64,000 bases of DNA from contig CBDCNP010000002.1 in NCBI GenBank assembly GCA_965219415.1, positions 736,001 through 800,000 on the forward strand. The letters run 5' to 3'. Every line of letters starts with the position of its first letter. Within the stretch, counting starts at the first letter, position 1. The position numbers and the translations under genes were made by a program. Below are positions 11,028 through 22,221 of the stretch, piece after piece. The stretch is from Candidatus Marinacidobacterales bacterium (lineage in GTDB: Bacteria > Acidobacteriota > Vicinamibacteria > Marinacidobacterales > DATDRI01). Below the pieces are notes generated by a model. That model was not told the origin of the DNA. It worked only from the letters and a program-made list of their open reading frames with translations, and searched no databases.

Positions 11028-11684
11028 TCAACAACCGGGAAGTGTTTCGACGAGGAGCCTTCCGGCGGCGAGGCTCCGAAGTTCCTCGGCGAGCTCGAGC
11101 GTTCTCAAGATGGCCTTCCGCGCCAACTCTTGTTCGCTCTCCTCCGTCGCGTAGCGGGCCAGCAGGGTCTTCCCCCACTCGTGATGGCGTTTTTCGTCCG
11201 GTTGGATGCGATCGCGGTACATCTCTGCGGTCTCGTTGTCCCCGACGTGCTCGCAGAACGCAATGAACAGTTGGTTAGACTTGTAACCGATCGCTTCTCG
11301 AGTGAACTGAGCCGCCGCGATCCGCTCGACCGTCGTCGTCAGAGTGTCCAAGTATTGCGAAAGAGGCCCGAGCGCCCCGGTGGGCGCGTGCTCGTTGGGA
11401 TCGTCGCCGAGCTCCTTCAGCCGGTTGCTGATGAGCTGAAAATGCTTGGCTTCGTCGCCGGCCTGCTGCGCGAAGGCGATCTTGACCTCGAGCTCGGGCG
11501 TGGTGCGAACCCCGCGGGCTGCGATCTCCGTCGCCTCGATCTCGTTTCGCAGCCCACCGCGTAGGAGCATCAGCATATCCGCCTTCGCAGTGGACTCCGA
11601 GAGCCGGGACAGCGCCGCATCGCGTGTGGAAAGGATCTGACGCAGCGTGGCGTCCATTTCGTCGACGAAGGCTTCGCCGTCCAT
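11028..11684 (-). CDS. Ferritin-like (di-iron carboxylate) domain protein
   Basis: NEIEA, DEAKH, REAIG, DEKRH: two E...ExxH units; ends in LPGC. Confidence 0.8.
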   Translation of the reverse strand: MDGEAFVDEMDATLRQILSTRDAALSRLSESTAKADMLMLLRGGLRNEIEATEIAARGVRTTPELEVKIAFAQQAGDEAKHFQLISNRLKELGDDPNEHAPTGALGPLSQYLDTLTTTVERIAAAQFTREAIGYKSNQLFIAFCEHVGDNETAEMYRDRIQPDEKRHHEWGKTLLARYATEESEQELARKAILRTLELAEELRSLAAGRLLVETLPGC

Positions 11685-11697
11685 TGGCCTTAGACTA

Positions 11698-12744
11698 TCA
11701 CGACTTGCGCTGCGACTCGGCTTCGCCGGCCGGCGACGCTGCCGCGGAAGACCCGTAGATCTCTTGTAGGCGCTTCGCCAAGTAGTGCCCGCCCTTGACG
11801 GGAGGGTAACGCGAGGGCCTCGCTGGGCTGCAGCACGTCTCGAGGGATTCGATCACCGCGTCGTAATTCGTACCGAAAAAAAACGGCACAGAATATCGCT
11901 CCTGCCCGGCTCTATTGATCACGCGGTGGGGCGTGGCGGTGAAAACATCGTTGGTCCAGCGCGCCAGCATCTCGCCCAAATTGACGACGAACGTTCCCGG
12001 GATCGGAGAAGCCTCGACCCACTCACCCGCCGGGTTTCGAACCTGGAGGCCACCGACCTCCCCCTGCGCCAAGATCGTGAAGCACTCGTAGTCGCAGTGC
12101 GCTCCGATTCCCAGACGGGACGGGTCGACGGGCCCGGGCTGCGGTGGATAGTGGAGCAGCCGAAGCTGCGCGATGGGTCGATCGGTCTTGTCCCGAAAAG
12201 CGAGCGGTGAGAGCCCCAGGCTCACCGCAAAGACCTCGAAGAGCGTCCGGCCCAACCCAATCATCTCCTCGAAGTACGCTTCGATGGTCTGGCGAAACCC
12301 TGGCAAGGAACTCGGCCAGAGGTTAGGTCCGTACATCCGAAAGGCCGCAGGATCGTTCACGTCTTTGAGAGGAGTGGGGGGCGGCGTGGGAAACGTGAAG
12401 TCTAGGGCTTCCTTGACGTCCCCAGCGGCATCGGGGTCCGTGCTTTCTGCTCGGAGGGGAATGTAACCTCGCTGCTTGCGCGCCTTGGTAAAGTGGATGG
12501 CGGTCTTCCGATCCTCGGGAAGGGCGAAAAACCGTTTCGCAGCTTGGAAGGTATCGGCGATTCCTCGCTGCGGCACACCATGGTTTCTCACATAGAAGAA
12601 ACCCACGTTCTGGCAGATGTCGCCCAGTCGCCGCGCCAACTCCTGCCTAACCTTCTCGTCTCCATCGAACCAGGGAGCGAGATCCACCACCGGGATCGCT
12701 TCGAAGGGAACTCGCCTCGCAACAACGACGCCCTGCCTTGCCAT
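11698..12744 (-). CDS. Isopenicillin N synthase-family 2OG-Fe(II) oxygenase
   Basis: IPVVDL, GFFYVRNHG, LLHYP, HCD...HRV facial triad, RYS 2OG-binding motif. Confidence 0.9.
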   Translation of the reverse strand: MARQGVVVARRVPFEAIPVVDLAPWFDGDEKVRQELARRLGDICQNVGFFYVRNHGVPQRGIADTFQAAKRFFALPEDRKTAIHFTKARKQRGYIPLRAESTDPDAAGDVKEALDFTFPTPPPTPLKDVNDPAAFRMYGPNLWPSSLPGFRQTIEAYFEEMIGLGRTLFEVFAVSLGLSPLAFRDKTDRPIAQLRLLHYPPQPGPVDPSRLGIGAHCDYECFTILAQGEVGGLQVRNPAGEWVEASPIPGTFVVNLGEMLARWTNDVFTATPHRVINRAGQERYSVPFFFGTNYDAVIESLETCCSPARPSRYPPVKGGHYLAKRLQEIYGSSAAASPAGEAESQRKS

Positions 12745-12753
12745 CCTGCCACG

Positions 12754-12781
12754 ATCATAACCGTGGTGGCTCCTGGGTCAA
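12754..12781 (-). promoter_or_regulatory. Putative promoter of the oxygenase operon (nearly leaderless)
   Basis: TTGACC-N16-TATGAT ending 10 nt before the ATG at 12744. Confidence 0.45.
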
Positions 12782-12960
12782 GAAATTCACCGTGCTCTAC
12801 GTTGGATCCTCCGAGAAAAACCCTCGATCGATCCTCAGGCCAGCCCTCTGCCAAGGGCCGTTCGGCGCCCGGACCACCACTCCCCACAACCGCACTCCGG
12901 CGAAGGATCGAGGCCCGGGAACGATGACTTCGACGCGACAGACCTGAAGCTTGCGGAACT

Positions 12961-14394
12961 GAGTCAAGCCCATTCTTAGTTGAAACTCTCCACGGCTCAC
13001 GTTTAAGCGACCTTCTTCTTCGATACGGTTGATGTCTTCGCCTCGATCTTCAGTTCCCGCTTGAGAGCTTCGCGAAGCTTGGGAAGATGGCGGTAGCCCA
13101 CCACCTTCCTCAAGCGCGGTTCGATGTCTACGAGCGCCGTTGCCAACCAGCGCTGGCGTTGGCTCGAGTTCTTCCAGTGGTCGACCTTCGCGCAGCGTTC
13201 CTCGACGAGAGCATTGACGGACTCAAGGCAGTTCGTCGTCTTGAACGAACGGCCCAACACCGCGTGCACGCCGAGTCGATGCAACGTCAGCGTCTCCTCG
13301 AGGCCTTCCTCCAGGCTGCCAGCTGCGGATTGGTTCCGCTCTTCTAACTCACCGTGGAGTTGCTCGAGCGCAGTGAGGGCCTCTTCGTACTCCGGCCTGT
13401 TGTAGGCCCACTGGAGCCGCTTGCGCCATGACGCCTGCTCGCCCTTGGACAGGTAGCTCACTACGTTTTCACGTTTGTGCCACTGGCAGCGTTGTATCAG
13501 GGCCCGCTTACGGAATGCCTTCTTGACTGCCGCTTGGAGACCCTTGCCGCCGTCGATGATCACCAGCAGACCCTGGGAGATATCGAGTCCCCGCTCGAGC
13601 AGTGAACGCAGGAACGGCGTCAACACCTGCGCGTTCTCCGTGTCCGTCTCCACGAAGCCCAAGAAGCGTTTTTCCCCGCAAAGCGTGATGCCCAGAGCCA
13701 CGACCATCGTTGCCTCGGCGAATGTCTTCCATCCAGAAACAGCGCCACCACATCCTCACCGGTCAGATCCCGTTCCTGCATCTCCCGCAGCTTCGCAGCG
13801 CTCGCTTGCACGAACCCTCGGGACACCGTTGAGCTCGACAGCCCGATGGCGCCCGGAATCGCTTCCGCTGCCGCCTCGTAGTTGCGACAAGAGATTCCGT
13901 AGAGAACTCGTTTCAGCAGAAGATCATTCACCTCACCGCCGTGGCTCACCGCCTCGTAGCAGCGAAGCGGAATCTCTCCTCCCTCGATGCTCCGAACCCG
14001 TGGCACACGGATCGGTACCCGCTGGCCGCCAAGCCCTACCGTGCCCGGGTTGCTTCCGGGACGGCGACCGCGCTCCAGCTCGTCCTTGCGAGAGTATCGC
14101 TCTCCCGCCAACGCCTTCACTTCGTCGTCGAGCAACTCGTGAACGTGCATTAGACCAAGGGGGACCAACCAACGGATCATCTCTACCTTGGCGTCCAGCA
14201 CGAGTTCCCCGTAATCCTCGTGCCTCACCATCTCGACCTCACCCAAACGACGCGACTTCTTGCGTTTCTTGACCGAACGTAGCAGACTTCCCATCTCGGC
14301 TCCTTTCTTCGCGGCTTGATTTTGTTTTGTCCAACGCCATCAAACCACGGGGTTTGGAGCCGTTTCAATTCCCAACTAAGATTGGCACACTTTC
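12961..14394 (-). mobile_element. IS256 (Mutator)-family insertion sequence
   Basis: Imperfect terminal IRs GAGTCAAGCCCATTCTTAGTTG and GAAAGTGTGCCAATCTTAGTTG around the transposase; no target duplication visible. Confidence 0.8.
13003..14294 (-). pseudogene. IS256-family transposase, -1 frameshift at ~13730
   Basis: PRVR, GISCRNY, LDGKTF (restored by adding one A), IIDGGKG, QRCQWHKREN, TTNCLES. Confidence 0.9.
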
Positions 14395-14416
14395 TCCTTG
14401 ACAGGGGGGAGTGGAG

Positions 14417-15055
14417 ATGAAGAGAGAAAGAGTGCATGCGAGCTTCGTTCTGGGAGCCATGGCGTATCTAGTGCTAGCCCCGGTTGCGACCGAGGCGGCG
14501 AAGGTCAAGATCAGGTTCCGCTACACGGTGAAGTTTACCTGTGGCTCGGTCGTGTCGGGCGGCGGGCCGGTCGTTCCGGGCGACTACGCGACATCGGTCA
14601 ACCTGCAGAACGCTTCCTCCGGTCCAGTCATCGTTCGTGAGGCCATCGCGCTTAGTTTTCCGCCCGAGGCGCAGGGGAGAGTCTCGGACAAGATGGAGGG
14701 CGGATTACCGGCCCATGAGGCTCGCCAAGTGGATTGTAGTACGATCCCTTGGGAGTTCTCCTTCACGGATCCCGCTGCACTCGACGGCTACGTAGAGGGC
14801 TATCTCATCCTGGAGAGCACCGGCCCACTCCATGTCACGGGCGTCTACACCGCGGCGGGCGGATCGGGTCAAGTATCCATGGACGTAGAGAGAGTCCCGG
14901 GTCAGACTTTGAAGCGCTTCGTGGGTGATCGGAATAAGCTGATCATATGCCACGTTCCGCCCGGGCACCCGGAGCGGAGGCACACGCTTCTTATAGACCG
15001 AGCCGTTTGGCCGATCCATGAGGCTCATGGCGATACGATCGGCCGCTGTGAGTAG
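14417..15055 (+). CDS. Secreted hypothetical protein with C-terminal Cys/His module (ICHVPPG...HGD..G.C)
   Basis: Signal peptide; YTVKFTCG, PGDYATSVN; GGAG RBS. Confidence 0.7.
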   Translation: MKRERVHASFVLGAMAYLVLAPVATEAAKVKIRFRYTVKFTCGSVVSGGGPVVPGDYATSVNLQNASSGPVIVREAIALSFPPEAQGRVSDKMEGGLPAHEARQVDCSTIPWEFSFTDPAALDGYVEGYLILESTGPLHVTGVYTAAGGSGQVSMDVERVPGQTLKRFVGDRNKLIICHVPPGHPERRHTLLIDRAVWPIHEAHGDTIGRCE

Positions 15056-15066
15056 TTTCGCGGAAG

Positions 15067-15106
15067 AAAAAAGGGGGGCTCACCCGCTGGGTGAGTCCCC
15101 GCCTTT
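15067..15106. terminator. Bidirectional intrinsic terminator
   Basis: A-run + GGGGCTCACCC-GCT-GGGTGAGTCCCC hairpin + TTT between convergent genes. Confidence 0.7.
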
Positions 15107-15118
15107 AGGGTCTTACCT

Positions 15119-16365
15119 CTACTTTGTTCTTCTATGCCTTCGGTGGGCCTTCTTGAAATGTGCCACGACTCGAATCGAGTCGCTGCCTTCGATCGCCGTC
15201 CCGTCGAAGAGTTCGCCGGTCAATGTTCCCGTCGACGCGCCGACTTCCCAGTGACGAGGTTTGTCCTTGAAGTAACAGACCGCGTCGAGGAAATCGTCGC
15301 GGTTCCAATCCACGATGGCGCAATGTGGCCCTTGCCTGGGGCGTATGCCGAGCTCGGACGCTTCGAATACTAGCGTGCTGAAGTCGATGTCGAGCGGTGA
15401 AAAGTCGGCGCTCCCGTTGATCGCTACCGGGATGAAACCGGGGCCGCGGCGGCTGAACGTATTGTTCTCGCTACGCGGCTTGACATCGATGTCGACACTA
15501 TCCGTTCGACACTTGCCGGCGTCCCACCTTCGAAGATGTCACTTATGTCGGTTTCGGAAAGGGCGGCCGAGTAGATCGAGATCTCATCCAGTAGCCGATT
15601 GAAGTCGAAAAGAGGATCGAGATTACCGCGAATGCCGAAGAGCAGGTCCTGCTCGCTACTGACGTCGTTCAATGTGGTGTAGTCCTGGAAGCCGTCCAGA
15701 TGGTCGTCGATATATACTTCGATGGACTTGGAAGCCCCATCGAAGACGCAAGCGACGTGATGGAACTCGTCATCGTCTACGGGCATGCTGCTCCACACGA
15801 AGGGAAAGTTCGTGCCGTCGAAAACGCCGCAAAAAATCGTTCCCTTGGGGCCAACCGTGGTGGGGAAACGCGGGTCACCCGTATTGAGTCGTACCGCGAA
15901 CGGATAGGCGAAAGTGCTCGAGTTTGCCCATTTCTCGACCAACGCCGGGTGCCCCTCGATCATCCCTTCGGTCTTCATCCAAAACTCGACGGTGTAGGAG
16001 TCCGAGGCTCTGAAATCTAAGCTGGAACTGTGCGGAACTTGTACGAAGTCTTGGGTGCCGCTGAAATCGAAGGCCTGTCCGACTTTGCCCGGGCTGAATG
16101 TGGCGTCGACCACGGTGCCGTCATTGTCACCCCAAGCGTCCTCGGCGTTGCCTTCACCCGGCCACCAACTCACCAAGCCGGAGGGAGCGGCGCAGTTGTC
16201 TCCGCCGGGATTATCGTTGTTAGGAGGTCCTTAGTCTCGGCTATCGTCGTCGCTGCTATCGTCGTCGTGGCTACGTCCTTTCGGACGTGCATCGACGGGA
16301 CTTGCAAGCGCAAGCGCAAGGAAGAGTGGCAGTAAAACCCCAAAGAGGCTGAGCGTTTTGCTCAT
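15119..16365 (-). pseudogene. Secreted LamG-domain protein with C-terminal IDxKP...IPVAI...DxNxDG module; in-frame TAA at 16231-16233 and frameshift at ~15500
   Basis: Signal MSKTLSLFGVLLPLFLALALA; GLVSWWPGEGNA, GKVGQAFDF, FHHVACV, LLDEISIY; the shifted frame continues VKPRSEN...IPVAINGS to 15119. Confidence 0.8.
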
Positions 16366-16461
16366 GGCACACTTCCTCTGTCTAGCCGAGGCCTGGGTTT
16401 TGGGGTAATCCAGCCGGCAAACCGGCGGTCGGGGGAGACCTAAGCTTTTAGGATGGAGTTC

Positions 16462-16490
16462 AGTTTACGCCCACATTGCAAAAATGTCAA
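16462..16490 (-). promoter_or_regulatory. Putative sigma70 promoter of the LamG gene
   Basis: TTGACA-N17-TAAACT. Confidence 0.6.
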
Positions 16491-16633
16491 GTTGAAATTC
16501 CCACAGGGTCGTTGGCCACGCGCGGAGGAAGATGCGAGGTTGCCATCGAGCGCCGGGCAACGCGGAAACAAGTAGGTGGAAGTATGGCTTTTGCATATGA
16601 TAGTCAGGTCTTTCTAGCTAACCGCTCACCCAG

Positions 16634-17407
16634 ATGCTGACCATACTGATCGGCTTTGCAGTCGGCCTGCTCGTCGGCCTAAGTGGCCTCGGCGGCGGGG
16701 TTATTCTGCTCCCGCTCCTCATTTTCGTGCTGCGCGTTCCTCCCATCGTGGCGGTCGGCTCGGGAGCCGTTTTCTCCTCGATCACCAAGACCGGTGCCGG
16801 CTTTCTTCATTGGCGCCAAGGCACCCTCGACTGGGGGCTGGTTGGCTATTTGGCCGCGGGCAGTGTACCCGGGGCGCTCGCGGGAGTGGGGTTTCTCTCC
16901 CACCTACGGGCGACATACGGTGATGGTGTGAATGACCTCCTTACCCGGATCCTAGGCATTCTTCTCATCGTCATCCCGATTCTGTTGTTAGTGGAAGCGA
17001 AGCTCCAGCGGCAAACAGGAAACGATCTCCGATCGCTGTTACCGACGTGGGTGAATCGTCGCAACGGCGGAGTCATCACCGGACTCGTCGGAGGTTTCTT
17101 GGTGGGGCTCACCTCGGTGGGCTCGGGAAGTATCATTTTGATGTTACTGCTGCTGTTCTCACGTCGTCCTGGCAACGTCCTGGTCGGGACGGATATCACG
17201 CACGCCGTGATTTTGACCGGAGTGGCAGGACTCTTTCATCTGGGAATCGGAACGGTGGACTTGCCTTTGGTTGGCCTATTGCTCGTTGGCTCCCTGCCCG
17301 GTTCTCTCTTAGGCGTGCGACTCGGCGCCTATCTTCCCGCCGGTTGGTTGCAGCGCATCTTGATCCTGCTGCTTTTTGCCACCGGGGTAAAAATGCTTTG
17401 GGGATGA
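16634..17407 (+). CDS. Sulfite exporter TauE/SafE family membrane protein
   Basis: [35 protein letters not shown]. Confidence 0.9.
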   Translation: MLTILIGFAVGLLVGLSGLGGGVILLPLLIFVLRVPPIVAVGSGAVFSSITKTGAGFLHWRQGTLDWGLVGYLAAGSVPGALAGVGFLSHLRATYGDGVNDLLTRILGILLIVIPILLLVEAKLQRQTGNDLRSLLPTWVNRRNGGVITGLVGGFLVGLTSVGSGSIILMLLLLFSRRPGNVLVGTDITHAVILTGVAGLFHLGIGTVDLPLVGLLLVGSLPGSLLGVRLGAYLPAGWLQRILILLLFATGVKMLWG

Positions 17408-17423
17408 AGCGGAAGGGGTCCAC

Positions 17424-19199
17424 GTGGGAGTAGGAGCCCTGGCGTTTTTGTCCCTCATGCCCATCGCGGCGGTGGGGATCCTACTCGTCATTCTGAGGTG
17501 GCCCGCGAGCCGCGCCATGCCTCTCTCGTATCTCGTCGCGGCGAGTCTGGCCCTCTGGGTGTGGAAGGTTGCTCCGGTACAGATTGCCGCGGCCACCGTG
17601 AACGGATTAGTTATCGCCGTCACACTCATCTACATCGTATTCGGCGCGATCCTTCTTCTGAATACCTTGCAAGCGAGCGGAGCGTTGAGGACGATCCGGC
17701 GCGGCTTTACCGGCATCACCTCCGACCGACGCATTCAGGTCATTATTGTCGCTTGGTTGTTCGGGTCCTTTATCGAGGGTTCGGCAGGGTTTGGCACTCC
17801 TGCGGCGGTCGCGGTACCTCTCCTGGTCGGCCTCGGGTTTCCCGCGATGGCGGCGGTCATGGCGGGAATGATCATCCAGAGTACTCCAGTGTCCTTCGGC
17901 GCGGTGGGAACACCGATCTTGGTTGGTGTGAGCAGCGGCCTTTCCACCGACCCCGAGATCGCCCGGTTCGCCACCGAGCAAGGCTATGCGGACTGGAGCC
18001 AGTTCCTCGCGATGATCGGTGTCAAGGTCGCCTTCCTTCACACCATCGCCGGGACCCTGGTGCCTCTGTTGGTGCTCGCGTTCATGACGCGATTCTTCGG
18101 CGCCAACCGGTCCTTCGTCGAAGGGCTCAGGGTTTGGAAATTCGCATTGTTCGCCGCGTTCGCCATGACCGTTCCGTACTTGATCGTAGCGTGGTTGCTG
18201 GGTCCCGAGTTTCCGGCGATGTTCGGGGGACTGGCGGGACTTGCGATCGTGGTTCCCGCCGCCCGCAAGGGATTCCTCGTTCCACGGGCCGAGGATGCAT
18301 GGGATTTCGAAAGCAAAGAAAAATGGGACCCGGAGTGGACGGGATCGATTGAGATCAAGGACGAGGCGCCGCCAGGCGCAGAGATGGGCGTCTTGAAGGC
18401 TTGGTCCCCGTATCTTCTGGTCGGGTGTTTTCTGGTGTTGACCCGCCTTCGCGGGTTGCCTTTTCTCGGCTGGCTTCAATCTTGGACGCTAACTGCTCCG
18501 AACCTCTTCGGCACCGACATCACCGCCAAGGCTCAGCCACTCTACCTGCCGGGCACCGTCTTCGTCACCGTTTCTCTGCTCACATTCCTTTTGCACCGCA
18601 TGAAAGGCGGCGCCTACCGGTCGGCGTGGGGAAGGTCGATTCGAACCATGGGATATGCCTCGCTAGCTTTGATCTTTACGGTGCCCATGGTGCAGGTCTT
18701 CATCAACAGTGGGGGAGGGGAGGCCGGTTTCGAGAGGATGCCCATCGTGCTCGCGGATGGGATCGCCACGTTGGCGGGCGGGGCCTGGCCCATTTTTGCC
18801 CCGTTCATTGGCGGACTCGGAGCCTTTGTCGCAGGTAGCAATACGGTTAGCAACATGATGTTCTCTCTCTTCCAGTTCGGAGTCGGCCAGCGGATCGGCG
18901 TAGACCCGACGTGGGTGGTGGCCCTGCAGGCCGTCGGGGGTGCCGCCGGAAACATGATCTGCGTCCACAACGTGGTTGCGGCGTCCGCAGTCGTAGGCCT
19001 CGGGGGAAGAGAGGGCGCCGTCATTCGAATGACGCTCATTCCCTTCTTTTATTATGCGCTGCTGCCAGGCTCGGTCGGTTATTTCATCGTTTGGTACGCG
19101 CAAAAGGGTATTTTTAACGCTGGGTCGGCGATAGCCTTTCTCATTGCACTAGCAGCGGTTATTGTCGTGGTACGCGCCAACCGTGAAGCGGAGGCCTGA
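17424..19199 (+). CDS. lctP: L-lactate permease (LctP family)
   Basis: [48 protein letters not shown]. Confidence 0.9.
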   Translation: MGVGALAFLSLMPIAAVGILLVILRWPASRAMPLSYLVAASLALWVWKVAPVQIAAATVNGLVIAVTLIYIVFGAILLLNTLQASGALRTIRRGFTGITSDRRIQVIIVAWLFGSFIEGSAGFGTPAAVAVPLLVGLGFPAMAAVMAGMIIQSTPVSFGAVGTPILVGVSSGLSTDPEIARFATEQGYADWSQFLAMIGVKVAFLHTIAGTLVPLLVLAFMTRFFGANRSFVEGLRVWKFALFAAFAMTVPYLIVAWLLGPEFPAMFGGLAGLAIVVPAARKGFLVPRAEDAWDFESKEKWDPEWTGSIEIKDEAPPGAEMGVLKAWSPYLLVGCFLVLTRLRGLPFLGWLQSWTLTAPNLFGTDITAKAQPLYLPGTVFVTVSLLTFLLHRMKGGAYRSAWGRSIRTMGYASLALIFTVPMVQVFINSGGGEAGFERMPIVLADGIATLAGGAWPIFAPFIGGLGAFVAGSNTVSNMMFSLFQFGVGQRIGVDPTWVVALQAVGGAAGNMICVHNVVAASAVVGLGGREGAVIRMTLIPFFYYALLPGSVGYFIVWYAQKGIFNAGSAIAFLIALAAVIVVVRANREAEA

Positions 19200-19206
19200 G
19201 AAGACA

Positions 19207-21873
19207 CTAGCCGGTGTTGCGCATGCCGGCCGCGATTCCATTGATCGTCAGTAGGAGTGCGTACTGAAGTCGCTCGTCTTCGTCCACCTCACGTAGACGC
19301 CGTAGCACCTCGACCTGCACGAGGTTGATGGGATCGACGTAAGGATTGCGTATGGCGATCGACCTGCGCAAGACCGGGTTCTGTTCTAATAATTCTTGGT
19401 GGCCGGTCGTTCTCAGAACGGACTCTCGCGTCTTCTCGAGTCGCTGGCGCAGCGCTTCACCGAACGGTTGAACATCTTTCGGTACTAGTGTCCGATCGTA
19501 CTGCGCGGCGATAGCGGAATCCGCCTTGGCTAGCACCATTTCCATGAGATCGAGCGTGGACCGGAAAAACGGCCAGTCTTGGTACATTTGCTTGAGCTCC
19601 TTTTCACTTTGGCCCCCCATTGTCTTGGCGAGAGCCTCTCCGATCCCCAGCCATGTTGGCAGAAGCAGCCGGTTTTGGGTCCAAGCGAAGACCCATGGGA
19701 TGGCACGCAAGGATCCGAGTCCGGTGCTGGGCCGTCGTCTCGCCGGGCGGCTCCCGATCTTCAATAGCCCCTCGAGCTCCGCGATGGGCGTTGCCGCCAG
19801 GAGATACTCGGGGAACTGAGCATGTTCGTAGACGAGGTCCCGGTAGGAGTGACGTGACAACTCGGAGAGCTCCGTCATGAGCTCGCGCCATTCGGGTTTC
19901 GGAGGAGGAGCAGGGGCGACGGTCGCTTCCAGGGTGGCGGTGGTGTAGATCTCGAGGGTTCGGAGCGCGATGCCCGGAAGCCCGAACTTAGCTTCGATCA
20001 TTTCTCCTTGCTCGGTCACTCTCAGGGCGCCATCGACCGATCCCGGAGGTTGTGACTGGATGGCCAACACGGTGGGCCCGCCGCCTCGTCCCACCGTCCC
20101 GCCCCGTCCATGGAAGATGGTTAGGGGAACCCCTTGGCTCTTTGCGGCGTCGACGATCTGCTCCTGTGCTTGGTAGAGCTCCCAAGCGGCGGCGAGTCGC
20201 CCTCCGTCCTTGGCGGAGTCGGAGTAGCCGATCATGACCTCTTGCCGGCCGTGCGCCTCGAAGAGTTCTTCTCGATAGCTTGGTACTAGCAGCAGGGTTC
20301 GAATGGTTTCGCCCGCCGCCCGTAGATCCGCTACCGTCTCGAACAGCGGCACCACGCGCAGGGGTCTTCTAACCGCGGCGATTCTCTGGAGAAGCTCGAC
20401 CGCGAGGACGTCCGATGCGCCTCGCGTCATCGAGATCACATAGGCACCCAAGGAGTCGGGAGGGAGGCGAGCGATCATTCGAAAAGTATCGAACGTATCG
20501 TGAATTGTTGAGGGAAGCTTCGGATCCCTCATGAGCTCTGGCGGGATCAACGATCGTCGATTTGCAATTTCCCGGATGAGGAAGGCCCGTCGCCCCTCCT
20601 CGTCCCATTCCGAATACGAACCGAGCCCCAAGTAGTTGGTGACGACGTCCAAGGCTTCGTCGTGACGTCCCGCCTCTTGGCGGATATCGAGGCGGACGAG
20701 TGTAAGCTCAAAGCACGCTAGGCGGCGTTCAAGATCCAGAAGCCGTCCCCGCGCCAGAAGTGAGAGGTTGGTGGCCTCGAGCGAACGTCGACAAAGGGCC
20801 AACACTTCAGCGAGCTCGGACGCATCGTCATAGATGTCGGCGTCGTTGGATGCCTCACCTTCGAGCTGCGCCTCGATGTATTTTCGGGTCGCTTGGAGTT
20901 TGTCTATCGCCTGTTTCAGAAGGGCCCGGTATGGCTCCGGCATTTTGCCGACCCGGGCGCGTAGCTCGGTGCTTCCCGACCGCATCGAGAGCTCATCACG
21001 CAGCAAGGCGAGCTCCTTCTCATAGAGCTCGGCCGCCGTCCATCGAGCGAGCAAGCACGCCTTTTCGGTAACCTCGGGCGTTACGTTGGGGTTCCCGTCC
21101 CGGTCCCCGCCGATCCATGAGCCGAATCGAATCGGAACCGCGGTCCGCGGGAGCGGCTTGCCGGCGACTTGGGTGAGTGCGGTGTCCACTTCACGCAGGT
21201 AAGCGGGGACGACGTCCCACAGCGTTTGCTCGAACACCACTAGGCCCCATCGCACTTCATCGAGCGGTGTGGGACGGCGGTGGTAGATCTCGTCGGTGGT
21301 CCATGAGGCCGCGATCTCCCTCCGGAGGTCCTCCACGATCCCATTGCGCTCATGAGCGGAAAGGTCGGGCCGATCCAAACGTTCCAAGCACTGCGCGATC
21401 TCCCGGTGTTTGCGGCGCAGTGTCCGGCGAACGACCTCCGTGGGATGGGAGGTCAAGACGAGCTGGATCGAGAGAGCGCAGACCTTCTGGAACAGATCAT
21501 CGGGAGAAGTCCCGGAGGCGATCAAGCGTGGAAACACGTCCATACAAGAGCCGGGTTGCGGTCTCGGCTCGGCGTCGTGCTGATAATCACGGCGCCTTCG
21601 AATGCGATGGTGTTGTTCGGCGATGTTGGCCAAAGTGAGAAAGTGCGCAAAGGCCCGCGCTACCGGCACCGCGTCCTTCAAACGAAGCTTGGCCAGCTCC
21701 TGGCTCAGCTCGGCGAGGTCCTCTTCGCCGGAGGCCCGCAGTTCCTTCGCCATCGCCCGCACACGCTCGACCGTCTCGAACAGAGGGAGACCCTCTTGAG
21801 ACTTCAACACGTCTCCGAGGAGGCGTCCGAGTAGCCGGACGTCGTCGCAAAGTGGTTGATGCGGGTCGGCCAT
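19207..21873 (-). CDS. ppc: Phosphoenolpyruvate carboxylase
   Basis: VLTSHPTE, SWIGGDRDGNP, QEVMIGYSDSAKD, FHGRGGTVGRGGGP, LRAIPWVFAWTQ, C-terminal GMRNTG. Confidence 0.97.
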   Translation of the reverse strand: MADPHQPLCDDVRLLGRLLGDVLKSQEGLPLFETVERVRAMAKELRASGEEDLAELSQELAKLRLKDAVPVARAFAHFLTLANIAEQHHRIRRRRDYQHDAEPRPQPGSCMDVFPRLIASGTSPDDLFQKVCALSIQLVLTSHPTEVVRRTLRRKHREIAQCLERLDRPDLSAHERNGIVEDLRREIAASWTTDEIYHRRPTPLDEVRWGLVVFEQTLWDVVPAYLREVDTALTQVAGKPLPRTAVPIRFGSWIGGDRDGNPNVTPEVTEKACLLARWTAAELYEKELALLRDELSMRSGSTELRARVGKMPEPYRALLKQAIDKLQATRKYIEAQLEGEASNDADIYDDASELAEVLALCRRSLEATNLSLLARGRLLDLERRLACFELTLVRLDIRQEAGRHDEALDVVTNYLGLGSYSEWDEEGRRAFLIREIANRRSLIPPELMRDPKLPSTIHDTFDTFRMIARLPPDSLGAYVISMTRGASDVLAVELLQRIAAVRRPLRVVPLFETVADLRAAGETIRTLLLVPSYREELFEAHGRQEVMIGYSDSAKDGGRLAAAWELYQAQEQIVDAAKSQGVPLTIFHGRGGTVGRGGGPTVLAIQSQPPGSVDGALRVTEQGEMIEAKFGLPGIALRTLEIYTTATLEATVAPAPPPKPEWRELMTELSELSRHSYRDLVYEHAQFPEYLLAATPIAELEGLLKIGSRPARRRPSTGLGSLRAIPWVFAWTQNRLLLPTWLGIGEALAKTMGGQSEKELKQMYQDWPFFRSTLDLMEMVLAKADSAIAAQYDRTLVPKDVQPFGEALRQRLEKTRESVLRTTGHQELLEQNPVLRRSIAIRNPYVDPINLVQVEVLRRLREVDEDERLQYALLLTINGIAAGMRNTG

Positions 21874-22092
21874 GATCTGATTATAGGCTCTTAAGTCCAA
21901 GTAAGCGCTGTCTCTCGCACGATCCCGCCGCTGGACCCAAAGTGTGACCGAGCGCACTCGTTTCGCCCGACAGAAAGTGTATGAAGAAGACCGTTTAAGA
22001 AGTATGGGGGTTCCAAGTGTGGGGGGAAGCCCTTGATCTCGGGCTTTCGAGTGTCAAGTGATGTCTTATCCCTACACGTCGAAATAATTGCG

Positions 22093-22122
22093 TTGACAGA
22101 CGTCGATCGCGCCCCATACACT
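22093..22122 (+). promoter_or_regulatory. Putative sigma70 promoter
   Basis: TTGACA-N18-TACACT about 100 nt upstream of ATG 22222. Confidence 0.6.
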
Positions 22123-22221
22123 TGACGTCCCCAACCTGCATGGCGCCATCGGCCGCGTCGTTTCACTCGAGCCAGAGCGATTGATCTAAGTATCTTTATA
22201 TGAAGGCTCTGGCGGGGAAGC

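Noticed and set aside
16405-16450. c-di-GMP-I riboswitch-like GGCAAACC...CCTAAG
   Set aside because: Lacks the GAAA loop and GCAAAG segment, and is antisense to the adjacent leader
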